From positions 448,001 through 512,000 of the forward strand of contig CAVSHR010000005.1 of assembly GCA_963727625.1 (NCBI GenBank): a stretch of 64,000 nt of DNA. The letters are read 5' to 3'. A program made the position numbers and the translations under genes. Source of the stretch: an uncultured delta proteobacterium (lineage in GTDB: Bacteria; Desulfobacterota; Binatia; UBA9968). Numbering within the stretch: the stretch's first letter is position 1; each line of letters starts with the position of its first letter. A model generated the notes under the pieces. It saw only the letters and a program-made list of their open reading frames with translations, searched no databases and was not told the DNA's origin. Of the stretch, positions 1 to 11,994 are shown one piece after another.

Positions 1-2
1 GA

Positions 3-1733
3 TTCAATGCTCGTACACGCGTACACGAATACGGCGGCGGCGATTACGCGGTTTCCAACGGAACTGTGGTTTTTTCCAATTTCTCCGACCAGCGTCTTTA
101 TCGCCAAAAACTTGGCTCTGAACCGAGGCCATTTACCCCACAGGCCGCGCTGCGCTACGCCGATGGTCAAATCGATCGACGCAGAAATCTTTTTTACTGC
201 GTGCGCGAAGATCACTCTATTGCGGGTGAAGCTGCCAATACGATCGTGCGGGTCGATCTCGCCAATGGCGGCGCCAGCACAATCGTGGTGTCGGGAGGCG
301 ACTTTTATTCATCGCCCCGCCTCAGTCCCGACGGTGCTCAACTGGCGTGGCTTACCTGGAATCATCCCAACATGCCGTGGGACGGCACGGAGCTTTGGAT
401 CGGCAAACTTAACGAAGACGGTTCGATCACCGAAAAAAAACGGATCGCCGGTGGCATCGATGAATCTATTTTTCAACCGGAGTGGTCGCCGGACGGTATT
501 CTCCACTTTGTATCCGACCGCACCGGCTGGTGGAACCTTTACCGGTGGAGTGAAAACACCATCGAACCGCTCTATCCGATGGAAGCGGAGTTCGGCCAGC
601 CGCAGTGGGTTTTTGGCGCCTCGCTCTACGGTTTCGCATCGGAAAAACAAATCGTCTGCCGCTACAGCAAGAACGGTCGCGACTATCTCGCTACGCTCGA
701 CACATCAACGAAAACCTTGCGGGATATCGATCTCCCCTATTCCGCCATTTCGCAAGTCCGCGTTGCAGCCGACCGAGTGGCTTTCATCGGCGCGTCGGCA
801 TCCGAGTCGAGTGCCGTCGTAACTTTGGATTTGACGACGCAAGAACCGGTGGTGTTACGCCGATCGCGCGGGACCACAGTTGACGCCAGCTGCTTGTCCG
901 AAGCGCACGCCATCGAGTTCCCCACTGAACACGGTCTAACCGCGCATGGATATTTCTATTCAGCGAAGAACCGCGATTACGCCGCATCTGTAAACGAAAA
1001 ACCGCCGCTGTTGGTCATGAGCCACGGCGGGCCGACCTCGTCGAGCTCGGGCTCGCTCAAATACTCGATCCAGTTCTGGACTAGCCGAGGGATTGCGGTG
1101 CTCGACGTCAATTACGGCGGCAGCTCCGGCTACGGCCGCGCCTATCGCGAAAGATTGAATGGCAACTGGGGCATCGTCGACGTCGACGACTGCGCCAACG
1201 GCGCGCGCTATCTCGCCGAACGCGGCGAAGTCGACGGCAACCGCCTGGCGATCCGCGGCGGCAGCGCCGGCGGCTACACGACGCTTTGCGCGCTGACGTT
1301 CCGTGATGTGTTCAAGGCCGGCGCGAGTCACTACGGCATCAGCGACCTCGAAGCGCTCGCCAAGGACACCCACAAGTTCGAGTCGCGCTATATGGATCGA
1401 CTGATCGGCCCCTACCCCGAGCGCCGCGATCTTTACATCGCCCGCTCGCCAATTCACTTCACCAACCGATTAAATTGCGCCATGATTCTTTTCCAGGGTT
1501 TGGAAGATAAAGTGGTTCCGCCCAATCAAGCCGAAAAGATGGTCGAAGCCGTGCGCGTTGCGAAACTGCCCGTGGCCTATCTCACCTTCGAGGGCGAGCA
1601 GCACGGCTTTCGCAAAGCGGAAAACATCAAACGCGTGTTGGAAGCGGAACTGTATTTCTATTCAAGAGTATTTTCCTTCGAATTGGCGGAGCCGGTAGAG
1701 CCTGTCGATATTCAAAACCTGCAGGCGAAGTAA
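3..1733 (+). CDS. S9 family serine peptidase (acylaminoacyl/dipeptidyl peptidase), 5'-partial
   Basis: Frame is open from the window start ([13 protein letters not shown]); GGSAGG nucleophile, EDKVVP Asp, EQHGF His, HGGPT motif. Confidence 0.92.
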   Translation, partial: FNARTRVHEYGGGDYAVSNGTVVFSNFSDQRLYRQKLGSEPRPFTPQAALRYADGQIDRRRNLFYCVREDHSIAGEAANTIVRVDLANGGASTIVVSGGDFYSSPRLSPDGAQLAWLTWNHPNMPWDGTELWIGKLNEDGSITEKKRIAGGIDESIFQPEWSPDGILHFVSDRTGWWNLYRWSENTIEPLYPMEAEFGQPQWVFGASLYGFASEKQIVCRYSKNGRDYLATLDTSTKTLRDIDLPYSAISQVRVAADRVAFIGASASESSAVVTLDLTTQEPVVLRRSRGTTVDASCLSEAHAIEFPTEHGLTAHGYFYSAKNRDYAASVNEKPPLLVMSHGGPTSSSSGSLKYSIQFWTSRGIAVLDVNYGGSSGYGRAYRERLNGNWGIVDVDDCANGARYLAERGEVDGNRLAIRGGSAGGYTTLCALTFRDVFKAGASHYGISDLEALAKDTHKFESRYMDRLIGPYPERRDLYIARSPIHFTNRLNCAMILFQGLEDKVVPPNQAEKMVEAVRVAKLPVAYLTFEGEQHGFRKAENIKRVLEAELYFYSRVFSFELAEPVEPVDIQNLQAK

Positions 1734-2429
1734 ATGGACCGCCGCGTGATTATATTCGATCTTTTCGGCACGTTAGTTGACGGCTTCGTGTCGGTCGCGG
1801 GCCAGACACAAGAACAATTCGCCGCGATTCTCGGCGTTCCATATGAACCATTCACAAAACTATGGCGGGAGATAACCGGGCGACGGACAATGGGCGAGTT
1901 TCAGACTATCGAAGCCAGCATCCGGCATGTCTGCGGCGCGCTCGGTGCGGCGGTGAATGCCGAGCAAATGGCCAGAGGGGTCGAATTTCGCCTGGAATAC
2001 ACCAGGCTTGCTCTCACGCCCAAACCGGATGCGGTCGCAACGTTACAGGAACTTAAACAGACAGGTTTCAAGGTCGGCCTGCTCAGTAACTGCTCCATCG
2101 AAATTCCTATCCTCTGGCCAGAAACTGAATTTGCACAGCTAATCAAAAACCCGATCTTCTCTTCCCGCGAACGTTTGAAGAAACCGGACCCGCGAATCTA
2201 TCATCTCGCCTGCGAGCGCTTGGGCGTCGCTCCAGAAGACTGCCTTTACATCGCCGACGGCGAGAATTTCGAGCTCACCGCCGCGGCCGAGATCGGCATG
2301 CATCCCGTATTGATTCGGGATTCGTCACAGGAAGATAGCAAGGAAGTACTTCGAGAAGCTCGAGAATGGCGCGGCGTTACGATTCAGTCTCTGGCTGAAG
2401 TTCCAATCTTATTAAGCGATCACCGGTAA
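1734..2429 (+). CDS. HAD-superfamily hydrolase
   Basis: FDLFGTLV motif I, LSN, KKPDPRIY, YIADG. Confidence 0.85.
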   Translation: MDRRVIIFDLFGTLVDGFVSVAGQTQEQFAAILGVPYEPFTKLWREITGRRTMGEFQTIEASIRHVCGALGAAVNAEQMARGVEFRLEYTRLALTPKPDAVATLQELKQTGFKVGLLSNCSIEIPILWPETEFAQLIKNPIFSSRERLKKPDPRIYHLACERLGVAPEDCLYIADGENFELTAAAEIGMHPVLIRDSSQEDSKEVLREAREWRGVTIQSLAEVPILLSDHR

Positions 2430-2434
2430 AAATA

Positions 2435-3133
2435 TTGAATGTGAATTCCTCCATCTTCTTTGATCTAGACGGCACTATCAGCGACCCCCGAATAGGCATC
2501 ATTCGCTGCCTGCAATATTCGCTCAAGGAATTGAGCCACACAATACCGTCCGAGGACCAGCTCCTCCGTTTCATCGGCCCACCGCTTTTCGATAGCTTCG
2601 CCACCTTGCTTGATTCCAACGACAGGAATTTGATTGAGCGAGCGGTTGAGCTATATCGAGATCGTTTCTCTTCGCAGGGCATGTTCGAGAACTCGCTTTA
2701 TCCAGGAATTACTGACGCGCTGGCGGCGCTGCATCACGAGCGCTTTCGTCTCTACGTCGTGACAACGAAGCCGACGGTATTTGCCTGCCGGATTCTCGAC
2801 TACTTTGGGATCGCGGAATTCTTTTTCGCGGTTTACGGAAGCGAGCTGGATGGTACCAGATCTGACAAGCGGCAATTGATCGCCCATGTCCTTGAGAAAG
2901 AGCAAATTCACCCGACGGAGGCCGTAATGGTCGGCGACCGCGAGCACGACATCAAGGGCGCTCTAGCGAACGGAGTTTTCCCCATTGGCGTCCTTTGGGG
3001 CTACGGTTCGCGAGAGGAACTGACAGAAGTAGGAGCAACGGTGCTGTTGGAAACTCCCCGTCTACTAACCAAGGAGGAATTGCTTCGTCATCAACCGTCG
3101 CTCACGGCTTTCCAAGCTTCACCCCGAAGTTAG
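2435..3133 (+). CDS. HAD hydrolase, phosphoglycolate phosphatase/5'-nucleotidase-like
   Basis: FDLDGTISD, FIGPPL, VGDREHDI, WGYGS. Confidence 0.88.
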   Translation: MNVNSSIFFDLDGTISDPRIGIIRCLQYSLKELSHTIPSEDQLLRFIGPPLFDSFATLLDSNDRNLIERAVELYRDRFSSQGMFENSLYPGITDALAALHHERFRLYVVTTKPTVFACRILDYFGIAEFFFAVYGSELDGTRSDKRQLIAHVLEKEQIHPTEAVMVGDREHDIKGALANGVFPIGVLWGYGSREELTEVGATVLLETPRLLTKEELLRHQPSLTAFQASPRS

Positions 3134-3195
3134 AGTGCTGACGGTGAAGAGACGAGTAGGGTTTTGACCGACTCGGCAGCCAGCGACTCGATCCC

Positions 3196-3915
3196 ATGTC
3201 CTACGAGAAATTTTCAAGATATTACGACCTGGTCATGGGCGACCGGTCGGATGCGGCTCGGTACATCGCCGGCCTCATCGCTGATCATATGCCCGACGCA
3301 AAGACGGTGCTGGAGATCGCCTGCGGCACCGGCACCATATCGGGCAAGCTCTCGGCATCCTACGAAGTCACCGGCCTGGATTGGTCCAAGCCGATGCTCG
3401 CGCTGGCACGGAAGAAGCTTCCTCATGTGCGCTTATTCCGACAAGACATGACCAGCTTTCGAATCGGCCGGCGCTTTGACGTCATCGTTTGCGCGTTCGA
3501 CTCGATCAATCACCTCCTTCGCTTCAACGACTGGGAGAGAACTGTTCACTCCGTCAAGCGGCATCTGAACACCGGCGGAATATTTATCTTCGACGTCAAC
3601 ACCCTGGGCAAGCTGCAGCGACTCACTGAAGGCCCTGCCTGGGAGAACTGGTTTGACCGGGATCTGGTCGTCATCAAAGTCACTCGCGGCCGGCGAAATA
3701 AATTTATCTGGGACGTGAAAATCTTCGAACATCAAGGGCGGGATCGCTACCGGTTGATCCATGAAGAAATTCCCGAGGCCGCGTTTCCGCTGCGGCGGAT
3801 TCTGGCGGCCCTTCGCGCCCGCTTCACTCGTGTCAAAGTTCTCGATCCCTTCGGGGCAAAGGCTTCGGATCGATCCGAGCGGCTTTATTTCATCTGCAAA
3901 GCCAACGCCCGCTAG
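3196..3915 (+). CDS. Class I SAM-dependent methyltransferase
   Basis: LEIACGTG motif I, DSINHL, GGIFIFD. Confidence 0.88.
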   Translation: MSYEKFSRYYDLVMGDRSDAARYIAGLIADHMPDAKTVLEIACGTGTISGKLSASYEVTGLDWSKPMLALARKKLPHVRLFRQDMTSFRIGRRFDVIVCAFDSINHLLRFNDWERTVHSVKRHLNTGGIFIFDVNTLGKLQRLTEGPAWENWFDRDLVVIKVTRGRRNKFIWDVKIFEHQGRDRYRLIHEEIPEAAFPLRRILAALRARFTRVKVLDPFGAKASDRSERLYFICKANAR

Positions 3916-4012
3916 GAGGATCGATAACCTCCGCGGTTTCTGTTCCGTTTGATCGACGGCCTGTGCTAATCTCTGTTCAAAATAAAAATATTTCTGGAGC
4001 TGTCACGGAAAG

Positions 4013-5185
<1,173 letters not shown>

Positions 5186-5188
5186 GGA

Positions 5189-5258
5189 TCGTGGTCGTGA
5201 TTCGTGCTCGTGAACTACGATTCGACCAACAAACACGAATCACGGTCACGAACACGAC
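5189..5258. repeat. Intergenic inverted repeat built from degenerate 6-mers (TCGTGN / NCACGA)
   Basis: cgtgattcgtg pairs exactly with cacgaatcacg; both arms are tandem hexamers. Confidence 0.7.
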
Positions 5259-5302
5259 GGTTTCAAGAGCAGCAACGCCCAGCCTACTGCGAGAGATAGA
5301 CC

Positions 5303-6475
5303 ATGGAAAGACAATTAAATGATTTTTTACTGAAGGGCGGTCGCCTCATCGATCCCGCCAGTGGTACGGACGGCCTTTTCGACCTTCGCGTACGCGACGG
5401 CAAGATCGACGCCATCGGCGCCAATCTCGATGCGAACGGCGCAGCAGTAATAGACGTCAAAGACCATATCGTCACGCCGGGCTTGATCGACGTGCATCTT
5501 CATTTGATGAAAGGACTCGGCGCCTTCGGCGTCGACCCGGATATATTCGGCGTCGGTTCCGGCGTGACGACGGTCGTCGACGCCGGCAGCGCGGGGCATA
5601 CGTTGCTCAATGTCTTTCGCAACTACGTCACCGATAACGCCAACACGCGGGTGCTGAATTACATAAATTTGTCCACGCTCGGCGGCGTGAGCGGGCCGGG
5701 ATACAGCATTCTCGCCGATCCGCGCCTAATCGATGAAGATAAAATTGAAAAAGCGGTCGAGACCAACCGAGATATCATCGTCGGCATCAAAATCATGGCC
5801 ACCGGCGGCGCGCTCGGCGCCCAGGGGTTAAAACCGCTGGAGCGCGCGCGCAAGCTCGGCGACGCTTTAAAGATTCCCCTGCTCGTCCATATCGGCGAGA
5901 GCTGGACCAAAGGCACCGAGCCGGTCGCCGTCGGCGACGTGCTCAAATATCTTCGCGCCGGCGACATCGTCACCCACATGTTTACGGTCCATCCCGGCGG
6001 TCTGCTCGACGCCAACGGCAAGCTCTGGCCGCAAGTGCGCGACGCCAAAGAATCCGGCGTGCTGATGGACGTCGGCCACGGCCTACATAATTTGAATTTC
6101 GACGTGGCACGAAAAGTTCTTGACCAGGGACTTCACCCCGACGGGGTTTCCACCGACGGCCACCGTGGCAACCGCGCCGGACCGGTTTATGATCTGCCGA
6201 CGACCATGGCGAAGTTGATGGCTTTGGGCTTTTCGCTGAATCAGGTGATCGAGATGGCAACGGCGAACGCCGCTAGACTCTTGGGCCGGGCCGGCGAGCT
6301 GGGCACACTCAATGTCGGCCAGCCCGCCGATATTTCGGTAATGAAAGTCGAAGATCATGAATGGAAAGCGGTGGATTCGCAGAAAGGAATCATCCCGGCG
6401 CACCAAACGATTTTGCCGGTGTACGCGATCCGCGGCGAAAAGATTTACGAGCCGTTAACCGTCGAACGGCCGTAG
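5303..6475 (+). CDS. Amidohydrolase/deacetylase family metallohydrolase (dihydroorotase-like)
   Basis: PGLIDVHLH, GVTTVVDAGSAG, VHIG, THMF, DVGHG, STD. Confidence 0.88.
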   Translation: MERQLNDFLLKGGRLIDPASGTDGLFDLRVRDGKIDAIGANLDANGAAVIDVKDHIVTPGLIDVHLHLMKGLGAFGVDPDIFGVGSGVTTVVDAGSAGHTLLNVFRNYVTDNANTRVLNYINLSTLGGVSGPGYSILADPRLIDEDKIEKAVETNRDIIVGIKIMATGGALGAQGLKPLERARKLGDALKIPLLVHIGESWTKGTEPVAVGDVLKYLRAGDIVTHMFTVHPGGLLDANGKLWPQVRDAKESGVLMDVGHGLHNLNFDVARKVLDQGLHPDGVSTDGHRGNRAGPVYDLPTTMAKLMALGFSLNQVIEMATANAARLLGRAGELGTLNVGQPADISVMKVEDHEWKAVDSQKGIIPAHQTILPVYAIRGEKIYEPLTVERP

Positions 6476-6479
6476 GTAT

Positions 6480-7064
6480 TTACCGCCTTCTTCTCCGCGT
6501 CGTCGTGCTACCGAAGATCGAGCCGAGCACGCCGCGGATAATTTCCCGCCCCACCTGGCTGCCGATGGCGCGCACGGCGCTCTTGCCGAACGCATCGAAT
6601 AGCGAGCCTACTTCAGTTCTTCCCCCGCTTCGCGCCGTAGTTTGCGCTTGGGTCGAGCTCGGTTCCGGGGCGCGCGCCTTGAGCATTTCGTAGGCCGATT
6701 CCCGGTCCAAAATTTCTTCATAGTGACCGTACAGCGTGGACTGCTTGATGATCTGCTCCCGCGCGCCTGCATCGAGCGGCGGCAGCTGGCTTTGCGGCGG
6801 ATAAATTAGCGCGCGATCGACCACCGTGGGTTGGCCCTTTTCATCGAGAAACGAGACCAAGGCCTCGCCGACGCCAAGCTCGGTGATCGCCGTTTCCACG
6901 TCGAAATCCTTATTCTGGCGAAAGGTCTGAGCCGCGGCCTTCACCGCCTTCTGGTCGCGCGGCGTGAAAGCTCGCAGGGCGTGTTGCACCCGATTGCCCA
7001 GCTGGCCGAGCACCACGTCGGGCAAATCGAGGGGATTTTGCGTGACGAAATAGACGCCGACACC
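6480..7064 (-). pseudogene. 5'-truncated DUF853 (YjgR/HerA-like ATPase) C-terminal fragment
   Basis: Homology begins at GVGVYFVTQNPLDLPDVVLGQLGNRVQHALRAFTP; in-frame TAA a few codons upstream; no Walker A/B half. Confidence 0.8.
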
Positions 7065-7104
7065 CAGTGAGCCGACTGGACCTTATCGCTCCCTCGGATT
7101 TTTC

Positions 7105-7142
7105 CAGAAACGGGCCAGGATATCTGGCCCGTTTCTGTTTTT
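7105..7142 (+). terminator. Rho-independent terminator-like hairpin
   Basis: Perfect 14-bp stem cagaaacgggccag / ctggcccgtttctg, 5-nt loop, then T5. Confidence 0.75.
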
Positions 7143-7212
7143 GGGTCCAGCTTTTTTTCTGTGGGCGCTTTTGCTATCCTGGGCGGAAATTTGCGAACGA
7201 GAGTGCTCGACC

Positions 7213-7923
7213 ATGGCTTCACATCCCGAAGTAACGATAGTTCACAGCTCCGATCTTCATCTTGGCACCGACGATAGCTTTAGCGACAAAGACCGCCTCG
7301 CGGTTCTCCCCAAGGTTTTGACCGCCGCTTCAGAAGTCAACGCGGACGTCGTCGTGCTCGCCGGCGATTCTTTTGACAACCACCGCCAGCCTCTAGAATT
7401 ACTCGAGCGCGCCGCGGAAATGTTGCGCGACTACCAAAAGCCGGTGGTCATTTTACCCGGAAACCACGATCCGCTGACGCCTGACTCGGTTTACCGCCGC
7501 GCCGACCTGGGGCTGATTCCCAATGTCAGCATTCTCGGCTTGAACGTTGACAAAGCCGTGATGTTTGAAGAATTCGAATTGGAAATTTGGGGACACGCCC
7601 ATTTCGATTACACCGACATGTCGCCGCTCGCCAATCCTCGGCCGCGCAGTTCGCGCTGGCAGCTCGCCGCTGCCCACGGTCATTATGTAGACGCCAGCAG
7701 GGACCCGAACCGGATGATCGGGTCATGGTTGATCCATCGCGAAGAGCTGGCCGCCACCGGCGCCGACTATGTCGCCCTCGGTCACTGGAACCAAGCGACC
7801 CCGGTTGGCGACGGGAAAATTACCGCGCACTACTCCGGCTCGCCGGAATACACCGGCACCGTCAATGTCGTGCGTTTTGCGGGCGACGGCAGCGTGCAAG
7901 TCGGCAAAGCGCCGCTGCGCTGA
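7213..7923 (+). CDS. Metallophosphoesterase, SbcD/Mre11-like
   Basis: SDLHLG, AGDSFD, PGNHD, AHG, YVALGHW, YSGSPE; start taken at ATG 7213. Confidence 0.82.
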   Translation: MASHPEVTIVHSSDLHLGTDDSFSDKDRLAVLPKVLTAASEVNADVVVLAGDSFDNHRQPLELLERAAEMLRDYQKPVVILPGNHDPLTPDSVYRRADLGLIPNVSILGLNVDKAVMFEEFELEIWGHAHFDYTDMSPLANPRPRSSRWQLAAAHGHYVDASRDPNRMIGSWLIHREELAATGADYVALGHWNQATPVGDGKITAHYSGSPEYTGTVNVVRFAGDGSVQVGKAPLR

Positions 7924-7976
7924 CGACCTCCAGCGGCTCCCGTTTTATCTCCCCAATCAAAATATCCACCTCGTCG

Positions 7977-8963
7977 TTAAGCTGGAAGTAAAAGTCGGGC
8001 TTCATCGGCATCCACCACCGGATTCTTCGGCCGCTTACTTTCCAAAACCCGAATCACTTCCTGCGCCGCACCCCATTCGCCGCGCTCCGAGGCTTCCAGG
8101 GTTACCGCGCCCAAGTGCGGCGTCCACAGCACGTTGTCCAATTTGAAGAGCGGATGATCGTTCGCGGGCGGCTCGTTGGCGATGACATCCAAGGCCGCGC
8201 CCGCGATCTTGCCGCGCCGCAAAAGCCCGCAGAGAGCCTCTTCATCAACGATGCCGCCACGAGCGGCATTGATCAAAAACGCCGAGAACTTCATCGAGTC
8301 GAGTTCTTTCGCTCCGATCATTCCGCGGGTCTCGCGATTGAGCGGACAGTGAATCGTGACAAAGTCCGACTCTGCCAGCAATTCTTCCAGGCCGACATAC
8401 TTGCCGCCCAGCGCCGTCACGTGGGATTCCGGTATATACGGATCGTAAACTAATAAATCCATTTCGAACGCCCGCGCGCGCAGCGCAACACGCATACCGA
8501 TATTACCGAGGCCGACGATGCCGAGAGCTTTACCGGCCAATTCGGTGCCGATAAATTTGAGATAATCGCTCCAGCGATTCTCCTTTACCGCCCGGTTGGC
8601 GGCGTGGGTGTGGCGCACCAGCGCGATCATCTGGCTGAAGACCAGCTCGGCCACGGATACGGCGTTACTGCCGGGTTGGTTGGTTACCCAGATTTTTAAC
8701 TCTTTAGCGGCTTCGAGGTCGACGCGCGACGGATCGACGCCGACGCCGGTGCGGGCGATGATCTTGAGCCGCCCGCCGCTTCGGCGCATCTGTTCTCCGG
8801 TAATCTTGCCTTTCCGGCTGATGACGGCGTCGACCCGGGTGACTTCCAACTCCCAACGTTGCGGCTCCGTCCAAGGATTGACCACCACTAATTCGACGCG
8901 CTCGCGCAGCCATTTGAGCACTTCGGGTTGAAATTCTTCGACCAGCACTCGCGCCGTTGCCAT
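7977..8963 (-). CDS. D-2-hydroxyacid dehydrogenase (SerA-like)
   Basis: GLGNIG, TIHCPL, INAARGGIVDE, AALDV, TPHLGA; GGGAGG RBS before ATG 8963. Confidence 0.9.
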   Translation of the reverse strand: MATARVLVEEFQPEVLKWLRERVELVVVNPWTEPQRWELEVTRVDAVISRKGKITGEQMRRSGGRLKIIARTGVGVDPSRVDLEAAKELKIWVTNQPGSNAVSVAELVFSQMIALVRHTHAANRAVKENRWSDYLKFIGTELAGKALGIVGLGNIGMRVALRARAFEMDLLVYDPYIPESHVTALGGKYVGLEELLAESDFVTIHCPLNRETRGMIGAKELDSMKFSAFLINAARGGIVDEEALCGLLRRGKIAGAALDVIANEPPANDHPLFKLDNVLWTPHLGAVTLEASERGEWGAAQEVIRVLESKRPKNPVVDADEARLLLPA

Positions 8964-9250
8964 AGCCTGCCTCCCATCGATTCGTACAGAGTGGTTTTCC
9001 AATCAACTATAGTAAGCCCGATTATACAATGCCGGCGCCTCGTTGTCCTTGACGCAGGCGCGCCACAACCTTTATATGCTAAAGGGCGGTTGGCGATTTG
9101 CGACGATTACGTCATACCTAGAATGTAGGAAACGAACACGGCACATGATCGGCCCGGCCGATGGATTTCTGAAACACGCCGTGCTAACTCAGCATCGGTA
9201 GAATGGCTAACCATAATGGCAAAGGGTTTCTTGGAAGGGAGCGTCCAACG

Positions 9251-10228
9251 ATGATCTGGATCCGATCGGTCGTTTTCGTTTGCATAGGTCTTTTGGCGCC
9301 GGTCGCTTCGGCCGAGCAGGTGCGAACCGCCATACCACGGTCAACACTCAATTACTTGAGCCTGGCGGTCGCCGAAGCGAAAGGATACTTTCGCGATCAA
9401 AATTTGGAAAATCAAACGATCGTAATACCGGGCACCACGGCGATTGCAGCACTGATTAGCGGCAATGTCGACTACAGTGGCGCCGGCGGATCCGGCATGC
9501 GCGCCGCCGTACGCGGCGCGCCGATCAAAGCGATTATGTTTCAAACTGATAAAGTTACCTGGTATCTCCTGGCGGCCAGCGACATTCAGAAGATTTCCGA
9601 CCTCAAGGGCAAGCGCGTCGCCGTCGGCACGATCGGCGATACGCAGGACGCCTTGATCACCCTGTTGGTGGAACGCGAAGGCCTCTCCAGCCGGGATATC
9701 CATCGCGTTGCCCTGCCGTCGCGCAACACAATGAACACGATTTTGTCGCTAAAAACCGGCGCCTTCAGCGCCGCCGTAGTCAACGCCGACGAGTCGTTAC
9801 TCGGCGAAAGAGCAGGTCTGCGCACCCTGGCTTTCATCGGTGACTTGTTTCCCTATCCCTTTCAAGGTTTTGTCGCCACCGATAAAATGATTGCCGAACG
9901 ACCCAATGATATAAAGCGCTGGCTGCGGGCGATGGCGCGAGCGTTGATGTTCATTCGCGATCAGCCCGAAGAAGCCGCCGACATCGCCAGAAAGAAAATT
10001 CCCATGGGCAAGGACATGACCCGACCTTTGGTCATCGAAGGCATCCGGCGTTTTGCCAAGGCATTACCGAACGGCGTACCCGGTCTGCCCAGCCCGCAGG
10101 GGATCAAAACCTTGATGAAGTACGACGTCGAAGCGCCGCTCAAGATCAAAGAAGACATCGCCCCGGGAAAAGTGCTGAGTTTGAAATTAATGCGCGAAGT
10201 CAAAGAAGAATTGGAAAGCAAGCGTTGA
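9251..10228 (+). CDS. ABC substrate-binding protein, NMT1/THI5/SsuA-like
   Basis: Signal peptide; AEAKGYFRDQNL, ALISGNVDY, DLKGKRVAV. Confidence 0.85.
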   Translation: MIWIRSVVFVCIGLLAPVASAEQVRTAIPRSTLNYLSLAVAEAKGYFRDQNLENQTIVIPGTTAIAALISGNVDYSGAGGSGMRAAVRGAPIKAIMFQTDKVTWYLLAASDIQKISDLKGKRVAVGTIGDTQDALITLLVEREGLSSRDIHRVALPSRNTMNTILSLKTGAFSAAVVNADESLLGERAGLRTLAFIGDLFPYPFQGFVATDKMIAERPNDIKRWLRAMARALMFIRDQPEEAADIARKKIPMGKDMTRPLVIEGIRRFAKALPNGVPGLPSPQGIKTLMKYDVEAPLKIKEDIAPGKVLSLKLMREVKEELESKR

Positions 10229-10350
10229 TGGCGCTCCACACCTCGTCGCGACCGCGCCACGGCGAGCGGCGCGATTAACTGGCCGCGGACGGCAACCCTT
10301 TGTCGACCGGATCAGCGCTTCGACCCTAAAAACCGAGGAGTAGACTCGCT

Positions 10351-11361
10351 ATGACCCGAATCAAGCTCACCGATCTTGTATTGGCTCTGTTATTTTTCTT
10401 CGTCCTATTGTTACACTCCTTTCCCGCCCACGCCCAGGAGAAAAAAAACCTCCGCATCGTCTTCGTCAGCCTGTCCTGGAATAATCAGCTCCCCTTTCGC
10501 ATTGCCGTGGCCAAAGGCTATTTCAAGGACCAGGGCCTCAGCGTGGAGCCGATTTTCGTGCGCGGCGGGCCGACGGCGATTGCCGCGTTGGCATCCGGCA
10601 ACGTCGATTTTGCCAGCATCGGCGGCGCCCAAGCGGCGATCCGCAGCAACGCCCGCGGTCTGGATCTCCATATCATTGCGTCGCTGTCCAATTACACCAA
10701 TTACGCGCTGCTCGGCAGCAAAGAAGCCAAGAGCATCGAAGAGCTGCGCGGCAAAGTCATCGGTGTTACCGGCGCCGGCTCGTTCTCTGATTTTACCATC
10801 AGAATTTTTCTTAAGCGAAACAATATCGATCCCGACAAGGACGTGACGCTGCGTGCCATCGGCGGCACCTCCCTGCGCGCCATCGCCATCGAGAAAGGCC
10901 TGATCGCCGCAGCGCCGTTTTCCGCAGAAGACACCGTAAGATTGCTCGACAAGGGTTACCCGATGATCGTCAATCTCAACGAAGCCTTGCGCATCCCGCA
11001 AAGCGTTTTCGTCACCCGCGGCGAAGTTCTGCAAAAATATCCGGAGACCACCAAGCGCTTTCTCAAAGCGGTGATTTTGGGAATGCAGTTCGCCAAGCAC
11101 AACAAAAAGGAGGCGATTCAGACAGGCTTTGCCGCGGGACTCAAGGGCGACCCGGATATTGTGAATCGCTCCTACGACCTTTTCAGCCCCGGCTACGCCG
11201 GGGATCTTTCCGTGGCGCAAGACGGCATCCAGATCATGCTCGATGAAGACATTCGCGCCGGCCTTGTCGACAAGAAATTTACCCTCGACCGGGTGATCGA
11301 CGAGCGGATTTTGAAACGAGCCCAGCAAGAGCTCAAAGACGAGGGCCGGCTGAAACCATGA
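10351..11361 (+). CDS. ABC substrate-binding protein, NMT1/THI5/SsuA-like
   Basis: Signal peptide; KGYFKDQGL, ALASGNVDF, ELRGKVIGV. Confidence 0.87.
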   Translation: MTRIKLTDLVLALLFFFVLLLHSFPAHAQEKKNLRIVFVSLSWNNQLPFRIAVAKGYFKDQGLSVEPIFVRGGPTAIAALASGNVDFASIGGAQAAIRSNARGLDLHIIASLSNYTNYALLGSKEAKSIEELRGKVIGVTGAGSFSDFTIRIFLKRNNIDPDKDVTLRAIGGTSLRAIAIEKGLIAAAPFSAEDTVRLLDKGYPMIVNLNEALRIPQSVFVTRGEVLQKYPETTKRFLKAVILGMQFAKHNKKEAIQTGFAAGLKGDPDIVNRSYDLFSPGYAGDLSVAQDGIQIMLDEDIRAGLVDKKFTLDRVIDERILKRAQQELKDEGRLKP

Positions 11362-11370
11362 GAATAAGCG

Positions 11371-11718
11371 ATGAAACGCTGACCCGCCGCGAGGCTCCTC
11401 TACGGATTGCTCCTTTGTCTTTGGCTGGACCAGGCTCGAGTCCACGAGGCAACCCGGCATGGGAATCCGAATGAGCCAACGGCATCGAAGCGGGCAAGGA
11501 AGAAAGGAGCGCTCACAATCTCGCACACCCGAGGCCCGTTTGAAAAGCTGTTCGCCGATTTCTCAAAACGCTATCCAACGATCAAGATCGTTTCGATTTC
11601 CGGCCGCGGCGGCGATCTGATCTCGCGCCTCACGGCGGACCGGCAGGCGGCAAAATATCGCACGGAAATTTATCTCGACGCGGCGGAAGAGATGATCGAT
11701 GAAGCTCCAAAACGATAG
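11371..11718 (+). pseudogene. Degenerate N-terminal fragment of an extracellular solute-binding protein
   Basis: NPAWESE*ANGIEAGKEE in one frame, FSKRYPTIKIVSISGRGGDLISRL in another; stops and a frameshift. Confidence 0.6.
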
Positions 11719-11994
11719 CGCGAAACTTCGCCGCGCTGTTTGAATATCGATTATTTCTGGATCTCAGCCCCGCCGCAAGAATCTCCCGTTGGACAGTACA
11801 AAAGATTTTTCTCTCTGTTATAATCAAAGCCAGCGATGATCACGTTGATTCGTGAAAATTTAATTCTGCGTTAAAAGCTTGCCTTGCCGTTTGCTCGTGT
11901 TGCAATCTCCGAACAAAATAGACTGTCATCCTGCTGTCAGGGCGCAATATTTCGCAGCGCTCCAATCGCCGAAGAAGGAGAAAGAAACCCAGAA

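Noticed and set aside
7065-7104. Possible tRNA/tmRNA/RNase P 3' end before the terminator
   Set aside because: No T-loop GTTCGA or other recognisable consensus
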